NCBI GenBank assembly: GCA_963850475.1
Contig: CAWKLM010000010.1
Span: forward strand, 90,946 to 154,945
Direction of reading: 5' to 3'
Length of the DNA: 64,000 nucleotides
Source of the DNA: Ilumatobacteraceae bacterium
Lineage (GTDB): Bacteria > Actinomycetota > Acidimicrobiia > Acidimicrobiales > Ilumatobacteraceae
In this document: piece by piece, positions 45,387 to 55,380 of the stretch
Layout of the letters: every line of letters begins with the position of its first letter
Position numbering within the stretch: the first letter of the stretch is position 1
The notes under the pieces: generated by a model
Told to the model about the DNA's origin: nothing
Databases searched by the model: none
The model's input: only the letters and a program-made list of their open reading frames with translations
Position numbers and translations under genes: made by a program

Positions 45387-45606
45387 GAAGCGTGTCCATT
45401 TCGGCGAGAACGCTACGGCTCTCTGCGCGATCGTCTTCGTCGTTCATCACCTCGAGCGACTCCGCCCGCATCTGCTCGCGCCGTCGGAGGCGCACAGCAT
45501 CTACGAGAGCTTGGCGGATGGCATCCGATGTCGTCGATCCGTCGGCCATGAGTTCTGCGAGCGCGCGCTCGGAGCGTTCGTCCGTTCGAAAGTTCCGAAC
45601 TGCCAT
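45376..45606 (-). CDS. RHH-type antitoxin (76 aa)
   Basis: MAVRNFRTDERSERALAEL..TSDAIRQAL; acidic C-terminus; directly upstream of toxin. Confidence 0.8.
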   Translation of the reverse strand: MAVRNFRTDERSERALAELMADGSTTSDAIRQALVDAVRLRRREQMRAESLEVMNDEDDRAESRSVLAEMDTLRAW

Positions 45607-45612
45607 CTCGAC

Positions 45613-45641
45613 ATTGTAGTACACTTTGTATGACACTTCAA
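45613..45641 (-). promoter_or_regulatory. sigma70-type promoter TTGAAG-N17-TACAAT with two overlapping 9-bp palindromes
   Basis: -10 lies 6 nt before ATG; TGTAGTACA 45615-45623 and TGTATGACA 45627-45635. Confidence 0.8.
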
Positions 45642-45650
45642 CGACACCCG

Positions 45651-45824
45651 ATGGTAGATGCTGGACGGCGGCACACCGCACGCGTCCATCACGAGCGCGC
45701 GGCCACGATCGAGGCCTGGTTCGTGAGCGACCCCGCCGGCGTTCCTCGCGATCTGATCGACCGCGCTCGGCGCAGTGCTGACGCTCGAATCGCAGCCACC
45801 GAGGGTCGCCAAGCCCGGCAGTGA
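45651..45824 (+). CDS. Small hypothetical protein (57 aa)
   Basis: GTGA overlap with next ORF start. Confidence 0.35.
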   Translation: MVDAGRRHTARVHHERAATIEAWFVSDPAGVPRDLIDRARRSADARIAATEGRQARQ

Positions 45825-45960
45825 CGAGGCGAACGGTTCGCGTCGATCCGCAGTTCTTCGCCGAACTCGACGCTCGACTGGGTGAGGCACACGGTCCCAG
45901 TGGCGAACCGTCCGCGACCGACTTCTTGCTGATTGCACTCCCGACGATCGCTGTTGTGTC
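45821..45960 (+). pseudogene. Truncated small hypothetical gene
   Basis: TRRTVRVDPQFFAELDARLG..GEPSATDFLLIALPTI, then loses protein-like character. Confidence 0.35.
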
Positions 45961-46084
45961 GGACTCGCATCGGTGCGCGGCACATCCAGCGAAGCGTGGA
46001 ACGAGGGGTCCGTCGGCAGCGCATCGTCACCGCGGTCGCCGGGCGTCGAGACGAACCAGTGTTCTCGCGCGCGACTATAGGTGG

Positions 46085-46778
46085 ATGGTTGCCGATGACG
46101 ATCCGGCGTCGGAGAATCTCGACGTCTACGACACGAGGAATGGATGGTGGCATCCCGAGTTCGGTGATCTCCTTGTGCCCGACGGGTGGGAGTTCTTGGC
46201 GTCCGGTGATGCGTTCGTCGCCCGGCGGGTGAAAGCCGGTGGCGTCTACTGGAGTGCATGGAAACCGAAGAACCGGCGAGGTGGTCATCGAAGACGCCTC
46301 GGCCTGCTCGCACCCGCAGCCGCTATCGACGCAGCCCGCGTGGATGCACACCTGACGGCCGAGCAACGCGCCACAGCGCGTGTTGCCAGCACCCGTCATC
46401 GAGAGCGCGTCGAGGCTGGCTACCTGGTCGAGCTACGCGACATGGTGCTGCGGTGGCTCGACTTTGCCCCTGAACACAGCGATCTCGCGTCCGACATCGC
46501 TGACGGCGCCGCCGCGCAAGCGACAGTTGTTGGCAGTGGACAGCGTTGGCCGCACCAAGACCCTCAGCGTTGACGAGCGCGCTGCGCTTGCAGCACGGGC
46601 TTACATCCGCCACCACCACACCGGCTACCACGATCGGCTCGACGACGCGACCGTCGGACTTGGCGACGACGTCGATGGCGACGACTACCGCGAGATCAAA
46701 CGCGCCGCTCACCACGAGGTCGAAGCATTCCTCGCAGCCCACCGACAACACGACTCCCCCGGAGGCGCCACGATCTGA
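46085..46778 (+). CDS. DUF2293-like protein (frameshift ~46540)
   Basis: VPDGWEFLASGDAFVARRVK, ATVVGSG/VGRTK, AARAYIRHHHTGY. Confidence 0.7.
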
Positions 46779-46819
46779 AGATCTTCGGGTTGGCCCCGAA
46801 GTCGTCAACCGCTGTCGCG

Positions 46820-47131
46820 GACGCCGACGTGCATCACCTCCGACCCTCCACGGCTCATCGGTACGGGTGGATGATCGACAACTACCTCTCCCCCGCCATC
46901 GGGGACCTGCCGATCCGATCGCTGCGAGCCGAACACCTCAACCGCCTGTACACCGATCTACTTGCGACCGGAAAACTGAACGGCACCGGCCTCGCACCCA
47001 AGACCGTCTACGACGTCCACGTCGTCATGCGCGCCGCCCTGAAACACGCCGTGCGAATCCATCTCGTCGAACACAACGTCGTCCTCGATGCCAACGCGCT
47101 CCGCCCCGCAGCTCGCGCCAAACAAGGGTAG
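46820..47131 (+). mobile_element. Tyrosine integrase N-terminal SAM-like fragment
   Basis: LRPSTAHRY..YLSPAIGDLPIRSLRAEHLNRLY..GLAPKTV..MRAALKHAV; no catalytic domain. Confidence 0.75.
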
Positions 47132-47187
47132 ATATCGGGCGGTGTCAGGGTCTTGCGTCGGTGGTTGGAGATTTGGTGGAGCAGGTG

Positions 47188-47612
47188 TCACCCGCGTCGG
47201 GTTCGGCTTCGTCTGTAGGTCCCGTCGCGATCTCTCGGCACGTCGAGATCGACTTGGCCGGCCCCGGTGACCACCGTCTTGGCTCGTGATCCGTTGCGGG
47301 GGTTCTCGCCGTTGCGGCCCTCGGCGGCGTGCTTCTCATAGCCGAGATGTTCTTCCATCTCGACCTCGAGGCCGGTCTCGAGGACCTGCTTGGTCAAGTT
47401 GCTCAGCAACCCACCCGGCCCGCCGAGATCAACCACATCTGCTCGCGCTTGATCAACGAGCTGCTCCGCAATCGACCTGTCCGGTCGCTCCGCGCTGTCG
47501 TCGTTGGACGGTGTCGCCACCGCCACACTATTTTCTGTCATTGTCTGTCCTTCCGGCCGAGCGTTCAGCTCAGCGTTTCAGGCCAGACCAGTTCCACCGT
47601 TCATCACACTCC
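47188..47612 (-). mobile_element. IS256-family fragment: left end and transposase N-terminus
   Basis: GPGGLLSNLTKQVLETGLEVEMEEHLGYEKH..RNGSRAKTV..DVPRDRDGT; IR-like GGAGTGTGATGAACGGTGGAAC. Confidence 0.85.
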
Positions 47613-48563
47613 GCGACCGCTACATGTCCCCCTGCAGCCGCTTCGTCACGGTCCCCGCGCAACGGTCCGCTGCGCAGCGGCGCAGTCGACGTCTTGAGAA
47701 GACCGATGCTGTCGACGCGGTCGCTGCAGCACGGGCGTTGCTCGCTGAGCCGACTCTTGGACCGGTCCAAACGCTCGAGGTCTATGACGCGTTGGTCGCC
47801 AAGATCGAAGCTGTCTTGGAGCACCGACGGATGCTCGTTGATGTCCGCACGCTGGTCCTTCACCATGCACAGGACCAGATCAACAAGCTGCCGATCGAGA
47901 TCCGTGACCAGCTCACGTCGAACGGCAAGATCGAAGGCCGGCTCCGTCGCCTCGCCCAGATCGACCTCGCCGTCGTGTCGACATTGTCGGGTGAGTATCG
48001 GCTCTCATGGTCTGATCCCGCTCGTCGACCAGGACCGTGCTGCGCGACGCCAGGTGCGTCAGCTTGAACGCGACCTCGACCGCCTGCTCGATGAGCACGG
48101 CACCACGTTGCGCGACGAGTCCGGCGTCGGTCCGATCGCCGCGGCGACGCTGATTGCTGAGGTTGGTGACCCGTTCCGTTTCGCACGCGAGTCCAAGTTC
48201 GCCCGGTGGTGCGGAACCGGAGCGGTCGCGCTGTCCTCCGGCGAGGGCGACGGCCGGCCGCGCAAGCATCGACTCGACTACGGCGGCAACCGTCGCATCA
48301 ACAGCGTGCTCTACATCGCCAGCGTCGTCCAACACCACGACCTGCCCGACGCGACGACCTACATCGACCGCAAACTCGGCGAAGGCAAGACCCGCCGCGA
48401 AGCACGACGAGCCCACAAACGACACCTCGCCAACAGGGTCATCCGACGCATGTGGAAAGACGAACAACACCGCCGAGAACACCCCATCAGCATCGCGGCT
48501 TGACAAGGGAGCGTCTGACACTCCCGACCGCTACATGTCCCCCTGCAGCAGCTTCCGTCACGG
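47606..48563 (+). repeat. ~46-bp imperfect direct repeat flanking the IS110 fragment (47606-47651 and 48518-48563)
   Basis: Shared 25-bp core CGACCGCTACATGTCCCCCTGCAGC. Confidence 0.9.
47652..48516 (+). mobile_element. IS110-family transposase, 5'-truncated (frameshift ~48012), with right end
   Basis: KTDAVDA, GVGPIAAATLIAEVGD..RF, SSG, GGNRRIN..LY, EGKTRREARRAHKRHLA; TTGACA overlapping the stop codon. Confidence 0.88.
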
Positions 48564-48734
48564 GGGGCCTTCCGGGTTGACGATGGCGATCGAGCAGATG
48601 CCTGACAAGGAAGACCGGATCATCAACCGGCGAGTCCGGTTGCAGCGCCTCAGCATGTTGCAGGTGATCGCTGCGGTGAAGAAGACCGTCGAGCATTCGC
48701 GGGGCTGACCGCTCGCCGATCGATCAGGCGGTGT

Positions 48735-49589
48735 TCAGACCGCTCCGCCCGACACTTCGATGTCGAAGGCGGTGATGTACGACGCCTCGTCGGACAAGAG
48801 AAAGAGCACTACAGCGGCCACTTCGTCGAGCGACCCGTAGCGGCGCAGCGGCACTGAGTTGATCATCTGAGCCGCGACCTCATCGGGCTGATCGGAGAAG
48901 TACTGGCTCGGCGTCGCTGCCTGGAGTTCAACCTGCCGGTCCCACATCACACCGGGACCAATGAACGCCGGACTGACCGAGTTGACCCGAATCGAGTGAT
49001 GCGCGAGATCTTTGGCGGCCGTTTTGGTGAGTGCGATGACGGCGGCCTTCGATGCGCTGTAGGCCGCCATGTTCGGCGCGCCGCCATGAGCCATCGAGGC
49101 CGTGTTGACGATTGCACCGCCACCGCCGGCGTCGATGCGGGCCCTCGCGAAACATTGCAGGACGAAGAACACGCCAGCGACGTTGATGTCGAGAACGCGA
49201 CGGAAGTCAGCGGCGGCCACATCGACGATATTGCTGAAGCCGCCTTGATATCCGGCGTTGTTGAACAGCAGGTCGGGAACGACGCCTTGTGCCAGCAAAT
49301 CGTCGAAGACTTGCACCACACCTGCCGGGTCGGTCACGTCGAAACGAACCACGATCGGGTCGCTGTCCGGCTGGGCGCCAGTACACGCCCACGCCGTCTC
49401 GGTGGCGTCGACGAGATCGGCGAGCACAATGCGCGCTCCCTGGCCTGCCAGCTGTACGGCGGTGGCGCGGCCGATATCACCTGCGGCGCCGGTGATCAAT
49501 GCGGTGCGACCAGCGAAACGCTGCGTCGGGGGCGTGGGGTCGCCCGCGAGCGAGTCGGGACTCGCACTTGTCTCCCCGTGAATGATCAT
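48735..49589 (-). CDS. SDR oxidoreductase, xylitol dehydrogenase-like
   Basis: TGAAGDIG, NNAGYQG, PNMAAYSASK, MWDRQVELQA..SQYFS; closely recalls the Gluconobacter SDR xylitol dehydrogenase (from memory). Confidence 0.8.
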   Translation of the reverse strand: MIIHGETSASPDSLAGDPTPPTQRFAGRTALITGAAGDIGRATAVQLAGQGARIVLADLVDATETAWACTGAQPDSDPIVVRFDVTDPAGVVQVFDDLLAQGVVPDLLFNNAGYQGGFSNIVDVAAADFRRVLDINVAGVFFVLQCFARARIDAGGGGAIVNTASMAHGGAPNMAAYSASKAAVIALTKTAAKDLAHHSIRVNSVSPAFIGPGVMWDRQVELQAATPSQYFSDQPDEVAAQMINSVPLRRYGSLDEVAAVVLFLLSDEASYITAFDIEVSGGAV

Positions 49590-49794
49590 CGTCGGACTCT
49601 TTCGACCTCGCCGACCCGCAGCACCATGACCCCCATGTTACGACGCGTGAGGCATCCGCAGCGGAAGGGCCGGGGAGCACTCAGTCGTGACTGGGCTGGT
49701 CGGTGTCCGCGCGATCCCATATCGACTGATGCAATAGTGGCGTCCGCAGAGTGGAACTCGCATGCCACCGAGCGTCATCGCAGAGGAGCGATTC

Positions 49795-51230
49795 GTGTAC
49801 CTAGGACTTGATCTCGGCACAGGATCAATGAAGGCGGTGTTCATCGATCCGAGCGGCACGATGTTGTGGGTCGGCAGCGAGACGTACGCCACAGACCTCA
49901 TCGGCGACCGAGCCGAGATCGATCCGTCGTTGTGGTGGGAGGCCCTCGTTCGCGCTCATCAGTGCAGCGCCCGGGGAGCTGGTGAAACAGGTGCGCGCCA
50001 TCGGTTTCAGCGGACAGATGCACGGGACCGTTGTGCTCGACGCGGCAGGCGACCTCCTGCGGCCCGCAATTCTGTGGCACGATCGCCGTGCGCACGCCGA
50101 AGTGAGTGAGTTCGAAGCCATCGATCGTGCCCATCCGGGGGTACTCGGCAATCCGTTGGTGCCGGGCATGCCAGGTCCGGTGCTCGCGTGGATCCGCCGC
50201 AATGAACCACAGGTGTGGAGCCGCCTCTCATCGATCTCGACCCCGAAGGACTGGCTGCGCGGTGAGCTCGCCGATTCGACCGCACAGTCGCCCTCTGCGT
50301 CGACCGACCACAGCGAAGCATCGGCGTCGCTGTTGTACGACGTCGGCGCTCGGACCTGGTCACACCACGTGGTGGACGCAATTGGCATCCCGACCGGCGC
50401 ATTGGCCGAGCTGAAACCGTCGACGGCGCGCGCTGGTGTGACCGGCCCACGAGCCGAGCAGCTGGGGATTCCGCCAAAGACCCCGATGGCGATTGGTGCA
50501 GGTGATGCCGCTGCTGCGCTGCTCGGCCTCGGCATCGAACGTCCGGGCACGGTGCTCCTCAACGTCGGAACCGGCGCGCAGGCGCTCACGATCATCGAGC
50601 AGCCCGACGCGTCGTACGCAGATTGCGCGTTCCACCAGTATCGAACGGCCGGGGCCGCAGCCGACTGGTACGCGATGGCTGCCGTGGTCAATGGCGGGTT
50701 GGCCCTCGATTGGGTGCGATCTGTGCTGGGCCTCGACTGGGGTGCGTTGTACGCGCTGGGCGCCGACGCCCTCGTTGCCGACGACGACCCGGTCTTCACT
50801 CCATTCCTTGCCGGCGAACGAGACCCACCGCGTCGGGCTCGCCGCACGAGCAGGTTGGTCAAACCTCTCATCGCAACACGATGTTGCGGCGCTCGGCCGC
50901 AGCGCAGTGCTCGGAGTGGCGAGCTACATCGCCGAGCGAACGCGATCGCTCATGAACGCCACAGGATCCGACCACGTTGTGCTCTCGGGCGGATCGGTGG
51001 CCAACGCCGGCTGGGTGCAGGTGTTGGCCGATCTGCTCGGTGTCGACGTCGAGGTCGTCACCGATCCTGATATTTCCGCACGTGGGGCAGCGATCATCGC
51101 CGCCCGGTCGATCGGCGAGGACCTCGCCCCAGCCGAGGTCGAACGCAAGGTCTCGCCCGATATCAGTCGGTCGAGCAGGGCACGCGACGTGATCGACGAA
51201 CTCTCAATCCGACTCTCTCGATCCGCCTGA
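49795..51230 (+). CDS. xylB: Xylulokinase / FGGY carbohydrate kinase (frameshifts ~49960 and ~50840)
   Basis: YLGLDLGTGSMKA, IGFSGQMHG, PAILWHDRR, PKDWLR, GAGDAAA, PFLAGER. Confidence 0.8.
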
Positions 51231-51245
51231 AGCCAGGCGATGCGG

Positions 51246-51359
51246 TCAGACGCTTTCGCCGTCGGGCGCGAAGATGTGGACCGGACCGTTGACAGCGATG
51301 GTCACGTGGTCGCCACGACCGAAGTCGGTGTCGCCGGCAGCGCCGGTGGTCAGCGCTTC
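51246..51359 (-). pseudogene. Orphan 3' remnant of a MalK-type ABC ATPase
   Basis: GDTDFGRGDHVTIAVNGPVHIFAPDGESV* aligns with GQTTIQRGDKVHVAFCGPAHLFGPDGERVGD* at 55381. Confidence 0.7.
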
Positions 51360-51360
51360 C

Positions 51361-52122
51361 TCACGTTGCTGTGTAACCACCGTCCACGACCAAGTTTTCA
51401 CCATTGATCATGCCGGCAGCGCCACTCGTCAGATAGAGCGCGGCAAGCGCGATTTCTTCAGGCTGCGCGAAGCGGCCGGTGGGAATCTTCTTCTTGAATG
51501 CCTCGCCGACTTCGCCAGACCAACTCCCTTGGGCGCCCATCTTGGTCTCGACGACCGTTGGCGAGATGGCGTTGACGCCGATACCGAGGGGACCCCACTC
51601 CATCGCCAGCACGCGGGTCATGCCAAGCACGCCGGCTTTGCTGGCGCAGTATGCGAGGTGGCCGTCGAGTGCGACCAGTGCCGCCTGGGAGGCCATGTTG
51701 ACGATGCGGCCGCCTCCCTGCTTGATCATCTGCTTGCCCACTTCGCGGGCGTAGAGAAACGGACCGCGCAGGTTCACCGCCATCGTGATGTCCCACAGCT
51801 CAGCCGAGGTTTCCTCAGCCTTGGCGAGCGGCCCGACACCCGCGTTGTTCAGAAGAATGTCGATACGCCCCAGTCTTTCAACCGAATCCGCGACGATGCT
51901 CTGTACGGAGGCCTCATCGGCGACGTCACCCACCCAGGCGAGATGCTGCGATCCGAGCGAGCGTGCTGTTTCGTGCACCTCTTCGTTACGGTCGACCAAA
52001 ACCAGCGTGGCGCCGCGCTCGGCGAACAACTCGGCCATGCACTTGCCGATACCGGCAGCTCCGCCGGTGATGAGAGCCACCTGACCATTGAGATCGAATG
52101 CTTTGTCGAATGAGTATTCCAT
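51361..52122 (-). CDS. SDR polyol dehydrogenase, GolD/DthD-like
   Basis: TGGAAGIG, NNAG, VALDGHLAYCASK, VNAISPTVV. Confidence 0.8.
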   Translation of the reverse strand: MEYSFDKAFDLNGQVALITGGAAGIGKCMAELFAERGATLVLVDRNEEVHETARSLGSQHLAWVGDVADEASVQSIVADSVERLGRIDILLNNAGVGPLAKAEETSAELWDITMAVNLRGPFLYAREVGKQMIKQGGGRIVNMASQAALVALDGHLAYCASKAGVLGMTRVLAMEWGPLGIGVNAISPTVVETKMGAQGSWSGEVGEAFKKKIPTGRFAQPEEIALAALYLTSGAAGMINGENLVVDGGYTAT

Positions 52123-52137
52123 GACCGATTTCCCTGT

Positions 52138-53442
52138 TCAGTGCGCCTGAGAGACGCTATTGGGTGCTAGCCCGCTTGCACGGGCGTAGGTTGAGACAAC
52201 CTCTTGGATCCAGTGTCGAATCAGAGAGAGTGGATCGTTGTTCAAGGTCCCGGCACGAAACGCCGCATATTGAAGTGGCATGAACTGGCTCAGGAGTGTC
52301 ATCGGCGCCGGCCGCTCGGAGAGGTTCTTCAGCAACACCTGCACACTGGCTTCGACCTCGGGGTCAGCCCAGTAATAACGCGAGCGGTCGCTGAAGCTGT
52401 ACTTGCGAGCGAAGGCCCGCTCCGCATCCGATCCGGCGTAGTACTTGGCCCAGTTCTGCGGCTGCTCGAGCATTCGCTCATCCAGCACCTGGCGGAGATT
52501 GGACAGGGGCCTGTCAGTGATCCACTCCTGCTCGATATGGCTCAACGCAAAGAGCGCCTCGCGGGCGGCATAGGTCAAACCGGGTCCGACTTTGAGGATG
52601 GCGAAATGGTCATTGACCAGATTCCGCAACTCGGTCTCGGTCTGGTAATCCGTCGAGTGGGCTTCATAGACAATGTTGTCGAAGCCCAATATGGCCTTGC
52701 TCAGCTCCTGTGCCTTGGCAGGTTGGTATCCGATCACAGCGGCGTGATCGAACTCGACACCGGGCTGCACCACCACTCCGATCACCCGTTCCCAGGCTTG
52801 GCCCAGACCACGTTCGGTGAACTTGCTGCGGTGGGTCTCGATGGTTTGCTTCAGATCCTCGATCCGCGTGGTGGCAAGTTCGTGAAGATCTTCCTGCGCC
52901 CCGCCGGGCACCGGAACTTCGGTTCCAATGACGTAGACCGGCGGCGCCGACGGATCGGGAATTGCCGCTTCGGCTGCGGCGCACAACTCTGTGGCACGCT
53001 CGGCGATGGTCTCGTCCGGGAGCGGTTCGACATCATCAGCACACGCCATGCTCGTGTCCAAGTGGATCTTGGAGAAGCCGGCACGAACATAGTCCGCGAC
53101 CATGGTTGTTGCTGCCGCCATCGCCTCTGGCGCCGGTTGCGAGCTCCAAGGGTTCGGGCCCAGGTGATCGCCTCCGAGAACGAGCTGTTGCTCGGGGAAG
53201 TCCACCTGCGCCGCGATGTCCAGCACGTAGTCGCGAAAGCCACTCGGCGTCATGCCGGTGTAGCCGCCCTCTTGGTTGACCTGGTTGCAGGTGGCCTCGA
53301 TCAACAGCGGCGAGCCATCAGACTTGGCTTGGTGCAGAGCGGCTTCGAGTACCAGGCGGTGAGCCGAGCAGACCGAGTAGATGCCCCGCTTGGCGTCGGC
53401 ACGGTTCTCTTCAACAATGTCTTTCAGGATGCTGGCGTTCAT
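52138..53442 (-). CDS. gatZ: GatZ/KbaZ family, probable D-tagatose-6-phosphate 4-epimerase
   Basis: GIYSVCSAH, LIEATCNQVNQEGGYTGM, GGDHLGPNPW, GTEVPVPGG, EAHSTDYQ, FSDRSRYYW. Confidence 0.92.
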   Translation of the reverse strand: MNASILKDIVEENRADAKRGIYSVCSAHRLVLEAALHQAKSDGSPLLIEATCNQVNQEGGYTGMTPSGFRDYVLDIAAQVDFPEQQLVLGGDHLGPNPWSSQPAPEAMAAATTMVADYVRAGFSKIHLDTSMACADDVEPLPDETIAERATELCAAAEAAIPDPSAPPVYVIGTEVPVPGGAQEDLHELATTRIEDLKQTIETHRSKFTERGLGQAWERVIGVVVQPGVEFDHAAVIGYQPAKAQELSKAILGFDNIVYEAHSTDYQTETELRNLVNDHFAILKVGPGLTYAAREALFALSHIEQEWITDRPLSNLRQVLDERMLEQPQNWAKYYAGSDAERAFARKYSFSDRSRYYWADPEVEASVQVLLKNLSERPAPMTLLSQFMPLQYAAFRAGTLNNDPLSLIRHWIQEVVSTYARASGLAPNSVSQAH

Positions 53443-54389
53443 ACGTGTCGCTCCGCTGAGTCGATGAACCTGCCCAGTTCGCGCAGGGTGGTGTTGCCTT
53501 CCATCGGGCCGCGTTTGGTCACGGCCATGGCACCCGCAGCGTTTGCCAGCGTCAGCGCGCGCTCGATTTCGATGCCCTGGGCCAAGCAGGAGATCAGCGT
53601 TCCGCCAAAGCAGTCACCGGCTCCGGTCGGGTCCACCTCAGTGACCTTGAACGAGGGCACGTGCAGTGACCGCGTACGGTCGTAGTAGACGCTGCCCTCG
53701 GCGGCATTCTTGACGACGATCATCTCCAGTCGATGACTGTCGAACAGCGTCGCGACGGCCTCACGCTCAGGTGCGTCGCCGCAGAAGTACTGCAGATCTG
53801 CCTCACTGGGCAGGAGAATATCGCACTCCTCCAGGACGTGGTGAATGGCCTCCCGGATCACGGGTGAAGTCAGAACCTCCGGTCGGATATTCGGATCAAA
53901 GGAGACCTTGCCGTCGCCCTGCTCGACCAGCTCGAGCGCTCGCTTCACGGCGGCAATGGAGCCGGAGCTGCCGAGCGACGAGCCCATGACGTGGAAGTAG
54001 CGGCAGCCACCAGCGAGGGCTGGATCGACCGAGTCGGCATCGATCAGCGCGGCGGCGCTGTTGCCGATGTTGAAGATGAACTCACGGCTACCGTCTCCCT
54101 GATAGGTCACAAATGCGGTACCCGTGGGAAGCTCGTCAGTGCGCGTGATGCCACTCACGTCGACCCCGTCGTCGCGCAGGCGGTTGACGATCAGGTCACC
54201 AAAGCCATCCTGACCGGTGCAGCCGATGAAGGCCACCGAGGCGCCAGTCTTTGCGGCCTGGTCGGCAAAGATTGCGGGCGCGCCGCTGGGATATGGTCCC
54301 AGGAAGACGCCTGGCTCCGTGAAGGTCTGGCCGATTCGCTCGGCCATGATTTCAGCGAGTAATTCTCCAATGCTCAGAATGTCAGCCAT
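53439..54389 (-). CDS. PfkB sugar kinase, probable tagatose kinase
   Basis: GPYPSGAPAIFADQ, SFDPNIR, VDPTGAGDCFG, GPMEG; coupled to gatZ. Confidence 0.85.
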   Translation of the reverse strand: MADILSIGELLAEIMAERIGQTFTEPGVFLGPYPSGAPAIFADQAAKTGASVAFIGCTGQDGFGDLIVNRLRDDGVDVSGITRTDELPTGTAFVTYQGDGSREFIFNIGNSAAALIDADSVDPALAGGCRYFHVMGSSLGSSGSIAAVKRALELVEQGDGKVSFDPNIRPEVLTSPVIREAIHHVLEECDILLPSEADLQYFCGDAPEREAVATLFDSHRLEMIVVKNAAEGSVYYDRTRSLHVPSFKVTEVDPTGAGDCFGGTLISCLAQGIEIERALTLANAAGAMAVTKRGPMEGNTTLRELGRFIDSAERHV

Positions 54390-55341
54390 GGCTCAACACA
54401 TCGCGCTCACTCCACGCGTGACCTTTTTCGGCGATGACCTGCCGGAGTTGGTTCAAGCGATCGACGCCGACGGAACGGAGCACCTGGGCACGCTCCTCGG
54501 GATCGAGGTGGATGGTCTCGCCCCAGATTGTTCGGCCGACGAGCACGCCCGATGCTCCGGCGGAGCACGCGACCGCGGTCTGCTCGAGGAAGACGTCGGC
54601 GGTCACGCCGGCTCCGAGGAGGACCCACGGCGTCGCGCAGGCAGCATCCAGCCGTTCGCACGCTGCTTGCCAGCGCTGCCGATTGTCGAGGTCACCGCCG
54701 GGGAACTCCACTTTCATGATCGCCGGACCGGTGCGGCTCAGTCGCTCCGCCGTCCCCACGACGGCGTCCTCGTAGGCCATCGTCCCCTGCTCGAGCGTTG
54801 TGTCGGGGTCTGGGGAGTACACGAGTGGTTCCAGAAACAGCGGCAACCCGGCGGCCTGGCATTCGCCCGCCACCGTCCGGATGAACTCCTCTTTGTCGGC
54901 GGCGTTCACCGCGTCTGGGTGGTAGTACACGAGCAGCTTTGTCGCCGTGGCACCCATGCGAAGGGCTTCAGAAGCGTCGAAGTCCTCGACCAGCGACGGC
55001 ATTCGTTCCCAGCCCTCGCCCACGTACCCCGTGTTCTCCAACGCAACGATCAATGGGAGTGTGGCTGGCACGTCGGGTGAGGCGATGCACGGTTCGAACC
55101 CGTAGATCGGATCCGTCAGATAGCCGGTCGTCGAGCTGGCCAAGTGCTGAGCGAAGTCGACCTTGAGGGAGGAGAGGAGCGCTGCGGCTTGCTCGGTGTC
55201 GAGGCTGGCGTCGAACTGCTTGAGCACATTCTGGCGGTGGTCGGCAGCGAGCAGAACGAACACGTCCTGATCATCGAGACTGCATGCTCGAAGACGCCGC
55301 GCGATCTCGGGACGTTTGAGCGGGGATGTCGACAAGTCCAT
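54382..55341 (-). CDS. Class I tagatose-1,6-bisphosphate aldolase-like (LacD/YihT family)
   Basis: LAADHR, ALENTGY, KLLVYYHPD, LFLEPL, MKVEFP, PWVLLGAGV, GASGVLVGRTIW. Confidence 0.85.
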   Translation of the reverse strand: MDLSTSPLKRPEIARRLRACSLDDQDVFVLLAADHRQNVLKQFDASLDTEQAAALLSSLKVDFAQHLASSTTGYLTDPIYGFEPCIASPDVPATLPLIVALENTGYVGEGWERMPSLVEDFDASEALRMGATATKLLVYYHPDAVNAADKEEFIRTVAGECQAAGLPLFLEPLVYSPDPDTTLEQGTMAYEDAVVGTAERLSRTGPAIMKVEFPGGDLDNRQRWQAACERLDAACATPWVLLGAGVTADVFLEQTAVACSAGASGVLVGRTIWGETIHLDPEERAQVLRSVGVDRLNQLRQVIAEKGHAWSERDVLSHG

Positions 55342-55380
55342 GGAGTGCCGGAGCGAGGTGAAGGCCCTGACAGCGCGGCG

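Noticed and set aside
47137-47190. GGGCGGTGTCAG as the IS256 right end
   Set aside because: Similarity to the left IR stops after about 10 bases and no target duplication is visible
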